A DNA stretch of 64,000 nucleotides from contig JBARSJ010000131.1 of NCBI GenBank assembly GCA_049644685.1, positions 307 through 64,306 on the forward strand. Direction: 5' to 3'. This document shows, piece by piece, positions 16,226 to 28,129 of this stretch. The notes under the pieces were generated by a model. It was given only the letters and a program-made list of their open reading frames with translations, did not search any database and was not told the DNA's origin. This DNA comes from Anaerolineales bacterium. Its GTDB lineage: Bacteria; Chloroflexota; Anaerolineae; Anaerolineales; UBA11858. How positions within the stretch are numbered: the stretch's first letter is position 1; each line of letters starts with the position of its first letter. A program made the translations under genes and the position numbers.

Positions 16226-16699
16226 ATGTTTAAAGCTGGAATCATCATCGGATTGGTAGCATTGTTGTTTGCGGTTGGAGTAGCATTGCTAAGTCCGTTA
16301 TGTGTGCCCTGTCTTACGCTGCTATTAGGTCTGGGAGCGGGTTTCTTGGCAGGCGTGTTTGAGCAACCGGAGGAAGGAAATGAAACATTGAAAACTGGCG
16401 CCATAGCTGGTGTCATCGCTGGTATTGGGATGGCGTTAGGCCAGGCAATTGGAGCCGTAATCAATTCCATAATAGTGGGTCCAGAAGGCGCAGCACAATT
16501 ACTAGAGAATTTTGGGTTTCAGACAGGCGGACAGTCTGCGATTGGATCAAGTTATTGGATAGGAATAATTGGGGGTACTGTCTGCTTTGGTTTGGTGGAC
16601 ATTGCTTTGATGGCTGGTTTTGGAGTATTAGGCGCTTTGGCCTGGGGCAAGTTTCTAAGGAAAAACAACGGATCTTCCGCAGAAGTGGTAATGGAATAA
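16226..16699 (+). CDS. Glycine-rich integral membrane protein, function unknown
   Basis: 157 aa with 4-5 hydrophobic Gly/Ala-rich segments. RBS AAAGGAG 8 nt upstream. Confidence 0.6.
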   Translation: MFKAGIIIGLVALLFAVGVALLSPLCVPCLTLLLGLGAGFLAGVFEQPEEGNETLKTGAIAGVIAGIGMALGQAIGAVINSIIVGPEGAAQLLENFGFQTGGQSAIGSSYWIGIIGGTVCFGLVDIALMAGFGVLGALAWGKFLRKNNGSSAEVVME

Positions 16700-16741
16700 T
16701 TGTGCCGCCCAACTCCAGATGAATCCGACTCGCACTCGGTT

Positions 16742-18511
16742 TTAACTCAATGTCTGGGGATTGATTTCCAGCTGAATTTTGTTCAACCGCTTGTACAATC
16801 CATCCCTGGTCATTAATTCTTCGTGGGGGCCAGATTCGACTATCCGGCTGCCATCCAAAACCACGATAAGATCTGCGCTTCGAATCGTAGACAGGCGGTG
16901 GGCAATCACAATGACCGTTTTTCCCACCATTAACTGCTCCAGGGCTTGTTGGATCAACAACTCGGTTTCGGTATCTACTGAGGAGGTGGCTTCATCAAGG
17001 ATTAAGATCGGGGCATCTTTAAGGACTGCCCTGGCAATCGCTATCCGCTGCTTTTGACCCCCGGACAGCTTTACCCCCCGCTCCCCAATCATTGTGTCAT
17101 ATCCATCAGGCAAATGGGTGATAAATTCATGGGCGTTTGCAATTCTGGCAGCGTTAATCATTTCTTCTTTGGTTGCGCCCTGGCGGCCAAATATAATATT
17201 CTCACCTGCTGTGCCATGAAACAGGAAGACATCCTGCAGTACCATACTGATCTGCTGGCGAACACTCTGAATGGTCAGGTTTCGAATGTCAAAGCCGTCT
17301 AAGGCAATGGATCCTTCACTTACGTCATAGAACCTGGGGATCAGGTTTGCCAAAGTGGTCTTGCCAACTCCCGTGGGTCCCACTAAGGCAACAACCATAC
17401 CCGGGTGGATATTCAGGTTGATATCCTCCAAGACAGTATCGCCGACGGAATAGCGGAAACTCACATCTTTGAGCACAATAGCTCCAGCTGCTCTTCCCTC
17501 CAATTCAACTGCATCTGGTTTTTCAATAATATCAGGAGCTTCGTCCAGAACTTCTGCTACCCGCTCTGCACCTGCCAGTGCTTGTTGAACACTTTCCCAG
17601 ACACCGCTCAAAGCGCGCACCGGCTGGTAAAGCAATTCCAAATAGAGGAAAAAAGCCACCAGTCCACCAATTGCCAAAGTTTCCCCCAAAACAAAGCGAC
17701 CGCCAAAATAAATCAACACAACTGTGCCCAATGAAGTTGCAAACTCAACAACAGGGTGAAAGGTTGCCATCAAGCGCAGCGCTCGCAAGGTAGAATCCCG
17801 GTAACCGGCAATATGTTTGCCGACCTGGCTCAATTCGTTTTCCTCACGGGTAAAAGCCTTGATTTCTCGCACACCAGAAAGATTGTCGTTAAGCGCAGCA
17901 TTAAGCTCTCCCAATATCGATTGCCTGGCGCGAAACGCTGGTCGCACGTATTTGGTGAACCCCTGCATCGCCAACACAATCATAGGAACCGGGATCATAC
18001 TCAACAAAGTGAGTTTCCAATTCATACTTGCTAAAACAGCAATGACACCCACCAGCATAAGTGAATTTGCAATCACATCCGGCACAGCATGGGCAATCAA
18101 ATGCTCAATCAAATCCGCATCGTTCACCACCCGGGACATCAATTGTCCGGTTTGTTTGTCTTCATAAAAACGAAGCGATAAGCGCTGCAAATGTTGATAG
18201 ACCATCGATCTCACATCTGCAACCACATTCCACCCTGCAACGTGAGCCAAATAACTACGGACAAATTGTAAAACAGCCCTGGCAGCATAGAGTATCAACG
18301 CCAATAACGCCAATTGGGTTATCCGGCTCAAATCATCCTGACCCCCGGCGGAATCTGTAGCAATTTCTATCATTGATTTAACCAGCCAGGGAGCATACAG
18401 CTGAACTCCAACCAACAGCAGCATGCTCAAGATGGTTAAACTTAACACGCCAGCGTATTTATGCGTGAATTGGAAAACAAACCTGAGTGATTTCAATCCT
18501 GATGCCTCCAT
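16742..18511 (-). CDS. ABC transporter, fused permease/ATP-binding protein (MsbA/exporter type)
   Basis: 589 aa. N-terminal 6-TM domain, Walker A GPTGVGKTT, signature LSGGQKQR, Walker B ILILDEATS. Confidence 0.9.
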   Translation of the reverse strand: MEASGLKSLRFVFQFTHKYAGVLSLTILSMLLLVGVQLYAPWLVKSMIEIATDSAGGQDDLSRITQLALLALILYAARAVLQFVRSYLAHVAGWNVVADVRSMVYQHLQRLSLRFYEDKQTGQLMSRVVNDADLIEHLIAHAVPDVIANSLMLVGVIAVLASMNWKLTLLSMIPVPMIVLAMQGFTKYVRPAFRARQSILGELNAALNDNLSGVREIKAFTREENELSQVGKHIAGYRDSTLRALRLMATFHPVVEFATSLGTVVLIYFGGRFVLGETLAIGGLVAFFLYLELLYQPVRALSGVWESVQQALAGAERVAEVLDEAPDIIEKPDAVELEGRAAGAIVLKDVSFRYSVGDTVLEDINLNIHPGMVVALVGPTGVGKTTLANLIPRFYDVSEGSIALDGFDIRNLTIQSVRQQISMVLQDVFLFHGTAGENIIFGRQGATKEEMINAARIANAHEFITHLPDGYDTMIGERGVKLSGGQKQRIAIARAVLKDAPILILDEATSSVDTETELLIQQALEQLMVGKTVIVIAHRLSTIRSADLIVVLDGSRIVESGPHEELMTRDGLYKRLNKIQLEINPQTLS

Positions 18512-18704
18512 ACTAAAAAAATATCTTTTAATTGGTGTATTTGCTTTTCTTTCTTCAGTCCTCTCCCATCAAGTAATCTTTCCTAGTTTTAGGTCCACTA
18601 CAATAATTAACAACCCGTAATTATTATAGCCATCAATATAATAAAAATGCGCTGAATCTCTGATCATTTGATTGTGCAAAAAACTATCAAATAAAGATAT
18701 TCGG

Positions 18705-18738
18705 AAAACAAAAAAAGGCTGCTCAACGTTCTGCAGCC
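18705..18738 (-). terminator. Rho-independent terminator after the S1-domain gene
   Basis: Stem GGCTGC / GCAGCC with a 10-nt loop. On the minus strand it is followed by TTTTTTTGTTTT. Confidence 0.65.
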
Positions 18739-18768
18739 CTTTTGTATTTAATCCAGATCCTGGGTTCT

Positions 18769-19437
18769 TTAGGTTTCCAGTTCTGAGAGGATCTCCGCCA
18801 ATTCATTATTCCCATCACTGTCGTCCATTGCTTTTCGAATGGCTGCTTCAAAAGTTGTAGGGGTTGCTTCTCTTATCTCGTCTTCGTCTTCCTCAAAATG
18901 TAAAGCTTCCTGGGGTGATTCCTCAAGTGCTTTCATGCTTAATTTTATTTGTTTCTTGCGGCGGTTAACTTTGAGGACTTTTACACTCACCTCATCACCC
19001 TTCTTGACAATATCATTTGGGGTACGGACATATCCGTGAGCCATCTCACTGATGTGAACCAGGCCGGGTCTTTCCGCATCGATATCTACAAACACACCAT
19101 ACTTTTCTATCCGGGTGACTTTACCAATTAATTCCATCTCGGGTTTAATCTCCAGCCAGTCCATTCCTACCGGTTCAAGCATGGTCAATTCAATCTTTTT
19201 TTTCTCCAAGTCAGTTCTTTGAATCCAGACTTCTACTTCCTGACCTATTTTCAAAACATCAGCTACGCGGGTAACTGATCCTTTTTGAATTTTTGAAATA
19301 TGGATTAAACCAGGTACCCCGACACCAACATCAACAATCGCGCCAGCCAGTGAGGTTTTTAACACCTTCCCGACAACCTTCATCTTAGGTTCTAAGTCTT
19401 CAATTGTTTCAGGCGTCTTTAACTCTTCGTTCGCCAT
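18769..19437 (-). CDS. S1 RNA-binding domain protein (two S1 domains, acidic tail)
   Basis: Motifs G.V......GA.VD.G....GL.HIS and GKV.RIEKYGVFVDI....GLVHISE. The ATG at 19437 has GGAG upstream, so I prefer it to the GTG at 19446. Confidence 0.8.
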   Translation of the reverse strand: MANEELKTPETIEDLEPKMKVVGKVLKTSLAGAIVDVGVGVPGLIHISKIQKGSVTRVADVLKIGQEVEVWIQRTDLEKKKIELTMLEPVGMDWLEIKPEMELIGKVTRIEKYGVFVDIDAERPGLVHISEMAHGYVRTPNDIVKKGDEVSVKVLKVNRRKKQIKLSMKALEESPQEALHFEEDEDEIREATPTTFEAAIRKAMDDSDGNNELAEILSELET

Positions 19438-19535
19438 AAAACACACTCCACATTACTCTTCATTTTTCGACAAGCGTCAATTATACCTTTGACATCACAG
19501 ATTGTCAAAGAGCGATAGGTTAAATCCAGCTCTAC

Positions 19536-22500
19536 CTAGTGGGAGGTTAAACCTTCCAGGGTTAAGATTAACTCCCCAACCCAATCGCCACTTTTCAAAT
19601 CCAGCGGGATCCAGACCGATGATTCACCAAATCGCACCCGGGAATCAAATTCCCAAGGTTGAGGCAGCGGTTTTCCTTCCGGATACTGAAGATTTAATTG
19701 TCCGCTCTGAATAGAGATGCCTTCCAGTCCGGCACTCTCAGCAAGCAATTTGATCTCCAATTGAAGAAGAAGGTTTTCCACAGTTTCCGGAAGCGGCCCA
19801 AAACGGTCAACGAATTCATTTCTGAGCCCCTCTATCTGCTCTGAGTTGAGAATCGAAGCAGCCCGCCGGTAAAGACTCAACCGGACTGAGCGGTCCTGAA
19901 TGTAGTCCTCTGGAATGCCTACCGGTAAGGGGAGGTCAATCCGCACCATGGGGCGGAGGATTTGGAAAGGTAATTCTCTCTTATCCCGGGTATCGGGTTT
20001 ATCCTTGTTCAAGCGATTTACAGCATCTGCCAGCAGTCGGGTATAAAGATGAAAACCAACAGCAGCGATATAACCTGACTGTTGAGTTCCGAGTATATCG
20101 CCGGATCCGCGGATTTCCAGATCCCGCATGGCAATTGAATAGCCGGCGCCTAATTCTGTATGCTCCGCTATAGTTTCCAGGCGAAGCCGTCCCTCTACTG
20201 TAGGAGATTTCTGGCGCTGCTTAAAGAAGTAGGCATAAGCGAGCTGCGCTCCCCTGCCCACCCTGCCCCGCAGCTGGTAGAGCTGTGCCAGACCGAACAT
20301 ATCCGCCCGGTCAACAATCAGGGTATTGGCATTAGGAATATCCAAGCCCGACTCAATAATAGAGGTGGAAAGCAGCAGGTCAATTTCTCCCGCGGTAAAT
20401 TCCCTCATCCTCTCCGCAAGATCCTTTTCTGCCATTTGCCCGTGAGCTATTCCAATCCTGGCTTCCGGCACCATCTTTGTCAGGTGGGATTTCATAGCAT
20501 CGATGGTTTTGACCCGATTATGAACAAAAAACACTTGTCCTCCCCGTTCCAACTCTCTCCAGATCGCTTTTTGGATCAATGCCGGGTCGTAAGGACTAAC
20601 ATGAGTAACAACCGGCAGACGCTCTTCAGGAGGTGTGTTTATCCGGGAAATATCTCGCACCCCGGTTAATGCCATATACATGGTCCGGGGGATCGGAGTA
20701 GCAGTCAGGGTTAAAACATCGATATCGGTTCTTTTGGCTTTGATCTTTTCTTTGTGAGAAACACCAAAACGCTGCTCCTCATCAACAATCATTAATCCCA
20801 GATCATGAAAGATCACATCTGAGGAAAGCAGCCGGTGGGTGCCGATCACAATATCCACTGATCCTTTAACCAATCCGCTCAGGATTCTACTCTGCTGGCT
20901 AGGTGTCCGGAAGCGGGATAACATCCGGATCTCAACCGGAAATCCGCCCATCCGCTCCAGGAAGGTATCATAATGCTGCTGGGCAAGCACAGTAGTCGGA
21001 ACCAGAATGGCAACTTGTTTTCCATCCATCACCGCTTTAAAGGCTGCCCTGACGGCTATCTCTGTTTTACCGTATCCAACATCACCGCATATTAACCGGT
21101 CCATCGGTTTCGGTTTTTCCATGTCTTCTTTGACCATAGTTAATACGTGCAGCTGATCCTCTGTTTCAAGATAAGGAAAGCTGGCTTCCAATTCCTGCTG
21201 CCAGGCAGTATCCGGGCTGAAAGCATATCCCCGGACTGTCTCCCGCTTCGAATATAGCTCCAGCAAGTCCTGGGCAACTTCTATTACCTCTTCCTTTACC
21301 CGGGATTTAGTTAATCCCCAGCGGTTGCTGCCCAGGCGGGTTATTTTGGGGTCATGATGGTCAGGACCAACATATCTGGTGAGCCGGTCTGCCTGGGGTG
21401 CTGGAACATACAATTGATCCCCATCTGCATACTCTACAGCCAGATACTCCCCTTCAATGCCGGCTAATTGACGGGAAACCAGCCCGCCATATCTGCCAAT
21501 CCCATGATCCAGGTGGACAACCCAATCCCCGTCCTTAAAATCGCTGTAGTCAACCTCAGGAGACAATGCCCGGTGAACAGGTTTTCTGCGGGGTTGAATC
21601 CGCCGCCAGCCAAAGATTTCCCCATCAGAAAAAATGTGTACTTCTTTCCCGACTTCCGGCGTCATAACCCAACCGCCTTCAATGCTGCCTTTAATAAATA
21701 CCGCTGTTTCCGGGTATGTCGCGCGTTCTTTCCAGATTTCTTGCAGCCGGAGGGCTTGCCGGGAGACAATAACAGGAATCCCGTCTCCTTGAATTACTCC
21801 AGCGATGTGGGATACAAACGTTTTAAGCTCGCCCCCAAAGAGTTGATTGGCAGAAAACATCATCCCTAAACAGGGTTCAGATCCAGTCCTCACTGGTCCA
21901 AGTGCTATCGGGTTGTGATTTTCCAGGTCAAGTTTAAAGTCATCCCAAGTAATATAAGGCAGCCCAAACTCTTCCGGAATGGTTCCTTCCTGTTGATACC
22001 CCTTTCTTAGGGATTCAGCTTGACCGGATATCTCAAGCGCAGTTTCCCGCATGATTTCCTCATCATCGAGGAAAATGAGCGTATCCAGGGGAAGGTAGTT
22101 CAGCAAGGAAGTTTTTTCTTGATAGAGATCAGGGATGTAGTATTCAATATATTCCTCACCAATATCAGCTGGAGATTGACCGGGGTGGTCTGGTAATAAA
22201 AATTCTCTTGCCGGATTGATCAGCAGTGAATCAATTATTTGGATTGTTCTCTGATTTTCGGGATCAAAACGCCGCAGCATTTCAACTTCATCACCGAAAA
22301 ATTCAATCCGGGCCGGAAAACGATCTCCAGGGGGCCAGATATCCAGTATCCCTCCCCTTCTGGCAAATTGACCAGGTGAAGTAACTATCGGGGAAACTTC
22401 ATAACCGCATCGAACCCACTCCGCCGCTAAAACTTGCGGTTTATGATTCCCTTTATTCCGAATTATCTGGGTTGATTTTAGAAACTCCCGCCGGGGTAAA

Positions 22501-22913
22501 GTTCGGGTAAACACAGCCCTGGCCGGCGCTACTATCGCTTGTGGACTTTCAACTGGGGTGTATCCTGGGATCAAAGAAGACGACAACCCAGCAAGTATTT
22601 TGAGCCGATCCCGCCTGGTCTTTCTGCTCCAGGATATTTTTTCATAATACAGGGGGTCAGGTTCGGGAAAAAGCACCAGGTCCTGCTCCGGGACCCAGAA
22701 ACTCCACTCATCCTCCAGAACCAGTGCTCGATCCGTCCTGTCTGTGATGAGCAGAATCGGCCGGTTTAAAGCTGATTTCAAAGCAGCCAGGACCGGCAGC
22801 CGGACCGCTCTCGGCAATCCAACCATGCCGGGCTTTTTTCCTGAACGGATATCGGCAACCAGCGATTGAAACACCGGTTGTTCCTGAATTCTATTTAGTA
22901 GTTCTTCCTGCAT
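19536..22913 (-). CDS. mfd: Transcription-repair coupling factor
   Basis: 1125 aa. CarD-like domain (GD.VVH..HGIG.Y), helicase motifs GDVGYGKTE, DEEQRFGV and LTATPIPRT, and a TRG motif region. Confidence 0.95.
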   Translation of the reverse strand: MQEELLNRIQEQPVFQSLVADIRSGKKPGMVGLPRAVRLPVLAALKSALNRPILLITDRTDRALVLEDEWSFWVPEQDLVLFPEPDPLYYEKISWSRKTRRDRLKILAGLSSSLIPGYTPVESPQAIVAPARAVFTRTLPRREFLKSTQIIRNKGNHKPQVLAAEWVRCGYEVSPIVTSPGQFARRGGILDIWPPGDRFPARIEFFGDEVEMLRRFDPENQRTIQIIDSLLINPAREFLLPDHPGQSPADIGEEYIEYYIPDLYQEKTSLLNYLPLDTLIFLDDEEIMRETALEISGQAESLRKGYQQEGTIPEEFGLPYITWDDFKLDLENHNPIALGPVRTGSEPCLGMMFSANQLFGGELKTFVSHIAGVIQGDGIPVIVSRQALRLQEIWKERATYPETAVFIKGSIEGGWVMTPEVGKEVHIFSDGEIFGWRRIQPRRKPVHRALSPEVDYSDFKDGDWVVHLDHGIGRYGGLVSRQLAGIEGEYLAVEYADGDQLYVPAPQADRLTRYVGPDHHDPKITRLGSNRWGLTKSRVKEEVIEVAQDLLELYSKRETVRGYAFSPDTAWQQELEASFPYLETEDQLHVLTMVKEDMEKPKPMDRLICGDVGYGKTEIAVRAAFKAVMDGKQVAILVPTTVLAQQHYDTFLERMGGFPVEIRMLSRFRTPSQQSRILSGLVKGSVDIVIGTHRLLSSDVIFHDLGLMIVDEEQRFGVSHKEKIKAKRTDIDVLTLTATPIPRTMYMALTGVRDISRINTPPEERLPVVTHVSPYDPALIQKAIWRELERGGQVFFVHNRVKTIDAMKSHLTKMVPEARIGIAHGQMAEKDLAERMREFTAGEIDLLLSTSIIESGLDIPNANTLIVDRADMFGLAQLYQLRGRVGRGAQLAYAYFFKQRQKSPTVEGRLRLETIAEHTELGAGYSIAMRDLEIRGSGDILGTQQSGYIAAVGFHLYTRLLADAVNRLNKDKPDTRDKRELPFQILRPMVRIDLPLPVGIPEDYIQDRSVRLSLYRRAASILNSEQIEGLRNEFVDRFGPLPETVENLLLQLEIKLLAESAGLEGISIQSGQLNLQYPEGKPLPQPWEFDSRVRFGESSVWIPLDLKSGDWVGELILTLEGLTSH

Positions 22914-22920
22914 AGGGATT

Positions 22921-23526
22921 TTATTCGTGTGCCGGGTTCTGATTAAAGGTTGTCATCGCTTGATTTAAACCCAATTCCACAAAGGCGAGAATCGCATCTG
23001 CAGCCTGGTCAAGCACAAACGAGAGGGTCTCAACTTCCTGGTCCGAGAAATTAAGCAATACATAGGAACTGACTGACATTCGGCCCGGGGGACGATTGAT
23101 ACCAACCCGCAGGCGGGGAAAATCCTTGGTCCCCAGTTCCTGGATGATAGACCGAACTCCTTTTTGTCCCGCATCACCGCCATTCGGACGCAGCCTTAAG
23201 GCCTGGAACGGTAAATCAACATCGTCATAAACGACCAGCAGGTTTTCGAGAGGGAGTTTATAAAACCGGATAAAAGAGGCTGCTGCTTTCCCGGACAAGT
23301 TCATAAAGGTCTGGGGTTTGAGGAGAATAATCCGGCAGCCTTTGTATCTTACCGCGGTCATTAACGCGTTCATCTTCATCTTTGAAAAGGATGTGTCAAG
23401 TTTCCCGGCTAACTGGTCAAGGACCATAAAGCCGATATTATGCCGGTTATTCCGATATTCTCGTCCCGGATTACCCAATCCGACGATTAAGAAAGGTTTT
23501 TTTCTTCCAATCATGTTTTGATCCAA
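22921..23526 (-). CDS. pth: Peptidyl-tRNA hydrolase
   Basis: 201 aa. Motifs LIVGLGNPG..Y...RHN.GF and DD.DLP.G..R.R..G...G.G. The pth-mfd arrangement is conserved in other bacteria. Confidence 0.9.
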   Translation of the reverse strand: MDQNMIGRKKPFLIVGLGNPGREYRNNRHNIGFMVLDQLAGKLDTSFSKMKMNALMTAVRYKGCRIILLKPQTFMNLSGKAAASFIRFYKLPLENLLVVYDDVDLPFQALRLRPNGGDAGQKGVRSIIQELGTKDFPRLRVGINRPPGRMSVSSYVLLNFSDQEVETLSFVLDQAADAILAFVELGLNQAMTTFNQNPAHE

Positions 23527-24174
23527 TCACCTGAAACCTTTTTTGACTCTTAAATAGATCGCGCCAATCAGAAATGCACCCAAAATCAGGATCCCGGTGA
23601 TAATCAAAACCCGGTACAGGTCATCCGATTCCAGCACTGCCGGGTTCTCTGGTAGGGGTGTGGGGGTCTCTTGAAGTGCTGACCTCGGGGTTGGGGTGAC
23701 GGCGTGATCCGCATCCTCCTGAGTGTCCGCGGGGGCAGGCGTTGATGTTTCCACAGGCGAATGATTGCGGACCCGCAAATTTGGAATCAGCTCAAAAATG
23801 GTTGCGCTTCCATCATACTCTGCAACTAACCGCAAATGGTAATTCCCGTCTGTAATCTGGGTGGTATCCCATTCCACTTTTACTGATGTTTGGGAACTCT
23901 CTTCAGCTCCCGGCAGGATATCGGCGATAAAAAACCATGTTTCTGGACCATCCGCGGCATAACTGAATGATAGTTTTCCAGAGATAAATCCTTCTCCTCT
24001 GATTTTTCCCTCAATGGTTTCAATTCCCTGTAAAGCCTGCCCTTCCCGGGGACTCTGGATAAAGATACTGGGAGAAATCGTCGGAGCCTGGGCGGCTGCC
24101 GGTTGAGCTTGATGAAATATACTCATCACCAGAAGAGGAATAAATACCCGAGAAAGCCAGGTCAGTCTTTTCAC
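23527..24174 (-). CDS. Secreted, C-terminally membrane-anchored protein with Ig-like domain; unknown function
   Basis: 215 aa. Signal peptide, Pro/Thr-rich linker, and C-terminal TM helix followed by RVKKGFR. Confidence 0.55.
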   Translation of the reverse strand: MKRLTWLSRVFIPLLVMSIFHQAQPAAAQAPTISPSIFIQSPREGQALQGIETIEGKIRGEGFISGKLSFSYAADGPETWFFIADILPGAEESSQTSVKVEWDTTQITDGNYHLRLVAEYDGSATIFELIPNLRVRNHSPVETSTPAPADTQEDADHAVTPTPRSALQETPTPLPENPAVLESDDLYRVLIITGILILGAFLIGAIYLRVKKGFR

Positions 24175-24302
24175 GACTTGAGTGTAGCACGGGGTGAGTT
24201 AATGGTCAACGTTCCGGAAGGCAGGTAATGGTTATGTAATGGCGACACCTGTCCTGCGACCAAAGGAAGTGACGAAGGGCGGTGGGTCGCCCTTTCTAGA
24301 GA

Positions 24303-24354
24303 GACCTCCGAGGTCCTTTGGACCTCGGAGGTTGTTATTACCTCGGGGGTTGTT
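24303..24354. repeat. ACCTCCGAGGT palindromic repeat element (copy 2, opposite orientation to copy 1)
   Basis: GACCTCCGAGGTCC-ttt-GGACCTCGGAGGTTGTTATTACCTCGGGGGTTGTT. Its reverse complement aligns almost base for base with 1721-1770. Confidence 0.75.
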
Positions 24355-24540
24355 CCAGGTATAATTAGCTCAGGACTAACAGATTTCCCTTTACAAAATC
24401 CCTCAGACTCACCAACTCCCGGTCTTTACTTCAAGGCAGTTGACGTTTGTGTTAGGCACTCCAGACAGGTTCTTGAACTATCAAAAGATATGGTAAACTC
24501 AAGAGAGAGTTGGACTTGCAGTCATCAAGGAGAATCTGAT

Positions 24541-24915
24541 ATGGCTATTTCAAAAGCTGAAGAGATGGTCAAGCGCTTGCGCGAGATGCAGGCTGCGACG
24601 CCAGAGATTGAGGCTTCAGCAGTCGTTTCAGTAGATGGACTTACAATAGCATCAGCGCTGCCGAGAGACGTTGAAGAGGATCGAGTCTCCGCAATGTCTG
24701 CCGCTATGCTGAGTTTAGGTGACCGGATTGCTGCAGAATTAAACAGAGGAACCCTGGACCAGGTTTATATTCACGGCGATGATGGTTATGTTATTCTATC
24801 GGCAATTGGCGATGAAGCCGTGTTAACAGTACTCGCCAAAGAGAAAGCAAAATTAGGTTTGGTTTTCCTGGAGATGCGCCGGGCCGCGGAAGATCTCAGT
24901 CAATTTATCGAGTAA
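24541..24915 (+). CDS. Roadblock/LC7 (MglB-like) domain protein
   Basis: 124 aa from the ATG at 24541 (AAGGAG 8 nt upstream). Motif ...VVS.DGL.IAS.....E.D.V.AM.AA.L.LG... Confidence 0.7.
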   Translation: MAISKAEEMVKRLREMQAATPEIEASAVVSVDGLTIASALPRDVEEDRVSAMSAAMLSLGDRIAAELNRGTLDQVYIHGDDGYVILSAIGDEAVLTVLAKEKAKLGLVFLEMRRAAEDLSQFIE

Positions 24916-24947
24916 TTGACAACCCATCCCACCAAGAACAATTTCGC

Positions 24948-24985
24948 GGGGAGGTCTGGAATTCCAGGTCCTCCCCTCTTCATTT
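24948..24985 (+). terminator. Terminator hairpin between the roadblock gene and pyrG
   Basis: GGGGAGGTCTGG-aatt-CCAGGTCCTCCCC, followed by TCTTCATTT. Confidence 0.6.
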
Positions 24986-25054
24986 AGGGAAGAATAACTA
25001 AGTAACAAGGACCACCCATCAAATCACCTTCACAGGGTTAATCCAAAGGTCAAT

Positions 25055-26677
25055 ATGAAAACAAAGTTTATTTTTCTAACCGGTGGTGTGTTAAGCTCAG
25101 TGGGGAAGGGTGTAACCGCCGCGGCCCTGGGCAGACTGCTGAAGGAACGGGGATTTAAAGTAGCAATTCAAAAACTGGATCCTTATATAAACGTCGATCC
25201 TGGCACAATGAGTCCCTATCAGCATGGAGAAGTTTATGTGCTGGATGATGGCGCTGAAACTGATCTTGATCTTGGGCATTACGAACGATTTATCGATACC
25301 AGCCTCAACCAGGTTTGCAACGTAACAACCGGCCAGGTATACGAAGAAGTGATCATGCGGGAAAGGCGGGGCGACTACCTGGGTGGAACAATTCAGGTTA
25401 TTCCCCACATTACCGATGTAATCATACAGAGGATCTTCATGGTTCCTAAAACTACCGGGGCTGAAATTGTCCTGGTGGAAGTGGGCGGGACAGTGGGTGA
25501 TATTGAGTCTCTGCCCTTCCTGGAAGCTTTCCGGCAGATGAGAGGTGATCTCGGTAGGAAAAACAGCTTCTACATCCATGTCACCTGGCTTCCTTTTATC
25601 GGCGCAACAGGAGAATTAAAAACAAAACCCACCCAGCATTCTGTCCGGGAATTACGGTCAATCGGCATTTCTCCGGATATGATTATTGCCCGCTCGGACC
25701 ATCCGGTAGAGGAAGAACTCCTGGATAAAATTTCTCGCTTCTGTGATGTGGAGAAAAAAGCGGTGATTCCTATGGAAACCACCGATACTCTCTACAACAT
25801 TCCGCTGATGCTTGAAGATGCCTCCGTAGGAGAATTCATCGTCCAAAAAATGAAGATAAAAGAACGCCAGACGCCCTCGTGGGACGCTTGGCGGGAAATG
25901 GTTTCCAATGTGCGGAAACAGAAACCAAGCGTCAATGTAGCTGTGGTCGGAAAATATGTGGAACTGCTGGATGCCTATATGAGCGTCCGGGAAGCGCTGC
26001 AGCATGCCGGTTTGGCAAATGGAGTGGATGTTGAGATCAGCTGGATTCATTCAGCAAAACTGGAGAAGGAAATAGATATTTCCGTTCTGGAGGATGTAGA
26101 CGGTATCCTGGTGCCGGGTGGTTTTGGCAAGCGAGGTACTGAAGGAAAAATAAAAGCCATTAAATACGCCCGGGAAAACAAGGTGCCTTACCTTGGTCTC
26201 TGTCTGGGAATGCAGCTGATGGTGGCTGAACTGGCCAGACACCATTTTAGTGAGGAAGGCGCAAACTCAACTGAATTTAATCCCTCAACTACTCATCCTG
26301 TGATTGATTTAATGCCTGACCAGCGGGACATTATCGATAAAGGCGGGACAATGCGGCTGGGATTATATCCCTGCCAATTGCAGCCGGATACACTCGCTGC
26401 CAAAGCATACCAGAACGAATTAGTCCAGGAACGGCACCGGCACCGCTTTGAATTTAACAATGCCTACCGGGATGAACTGGGAGAAGCGGGAATGGTCTTC
26501 TCAGGCCTTTCCCCGGACGGCAAACTGGTCGAAATTGCAGAACTGAGAGATCACCCGTTTATGCTCGGAACTCAATTCCACCCAGAATTCTTATCCCGGC
26601 CCTACCGGGCTCATCCACTTTTTGCAGCCTTCCTGCAGGCAGTTATCGAGCATTCTAACAGGGTCTCACCAGACTGA
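25055..26677 (+). CDS. pyrG: CTP synthase
   Basis: 540 aa. N-terminal MKTKFIFLTGGV.SS.GKG, and a glutamine amidotransferase domain with GLCLGMQ and HRHR.E.N. Confidence 0.95.
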   Translation: MKTKFIFLTGGVLSSVGKGVTAAALGRLLKERGFKVAIQKLDPYINVDPGTMSPYQHGEVYVLDDGAETDLDLGHYERFIDTSLNQVCNVTTGQVYEEVIMRERRGDYLGGTIQVIPHITDVIIQRIFMVPKTTGAEIVLVEVGGTVGDIESLPFLEAFRQMRGDLGRKNSFYIHVTWLPFIGATGELKTKPTQHSVRELRSIGISPDMIIARSDHPVEEELLDKISRFCDVEKKAVIPMETTDTLYNIPLMLEDASVGEFIVQKMKIKERQTPSWDAWREMVSNVRKQKPSVNVAVVGKYVELLDAYMSVREALQHAGLANGVDVEISWIHSAKLEKEIDISVLEDVDGILVPGGFGKRGTEGKIKAIKYARENKVPYLGLCLGMQLMVAELARHHFSEEGANSTEFNPSTTHPVIDLMPDQRDIIDKGGTMRLGLYPCQLQPDTLAAKAYQNELVQERHRHRFEFNNAYRDELGEAGMVFSGLSPDGKLVEIAELRDHPFMLGTQFHPEFLSRPYRAHPLFAAFLQAVIEHSNRVSPD

Positions 26678-26708
26678 AGATTTGGTATTTATTGTTCCTG
26701 CCTGATAG

Positions 26709-28043
<1,335 letters not shown>

Positions 28044-28063
28044 CTATTTCGATTATTAAAATA

Positions 28064-28098
28064 CAGGAAACTGTTTCCTTGGAGGAAACAGTTTCCTG
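28064..28098. terminator. 16-bp perfect hairpin between the convergent eno and zinc-ribbon genes
   Basis: CAGGAAACTGTTTCCT-tgg-AGGAAACAGTTTCCTG. There is no strong U-tract on either side. Confidence 0.5.
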
Positions 28099-28129
28099 GA
28101 CCTTTGTATTCAGCAAGGGGTTAATAGAT

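Noticed and set aside
24916-25054. A pyrG leader attenuator of the Bacillus reiterative-transcription type.
   Set aside because: The only hairpin (24948-24976) is most simply the terminator of the upstream roadblock gene. Its pyrimidine tract is on the 3' arm, not the 5' arm as that mechanism requires, and no GGGC-type initiation region is evident.
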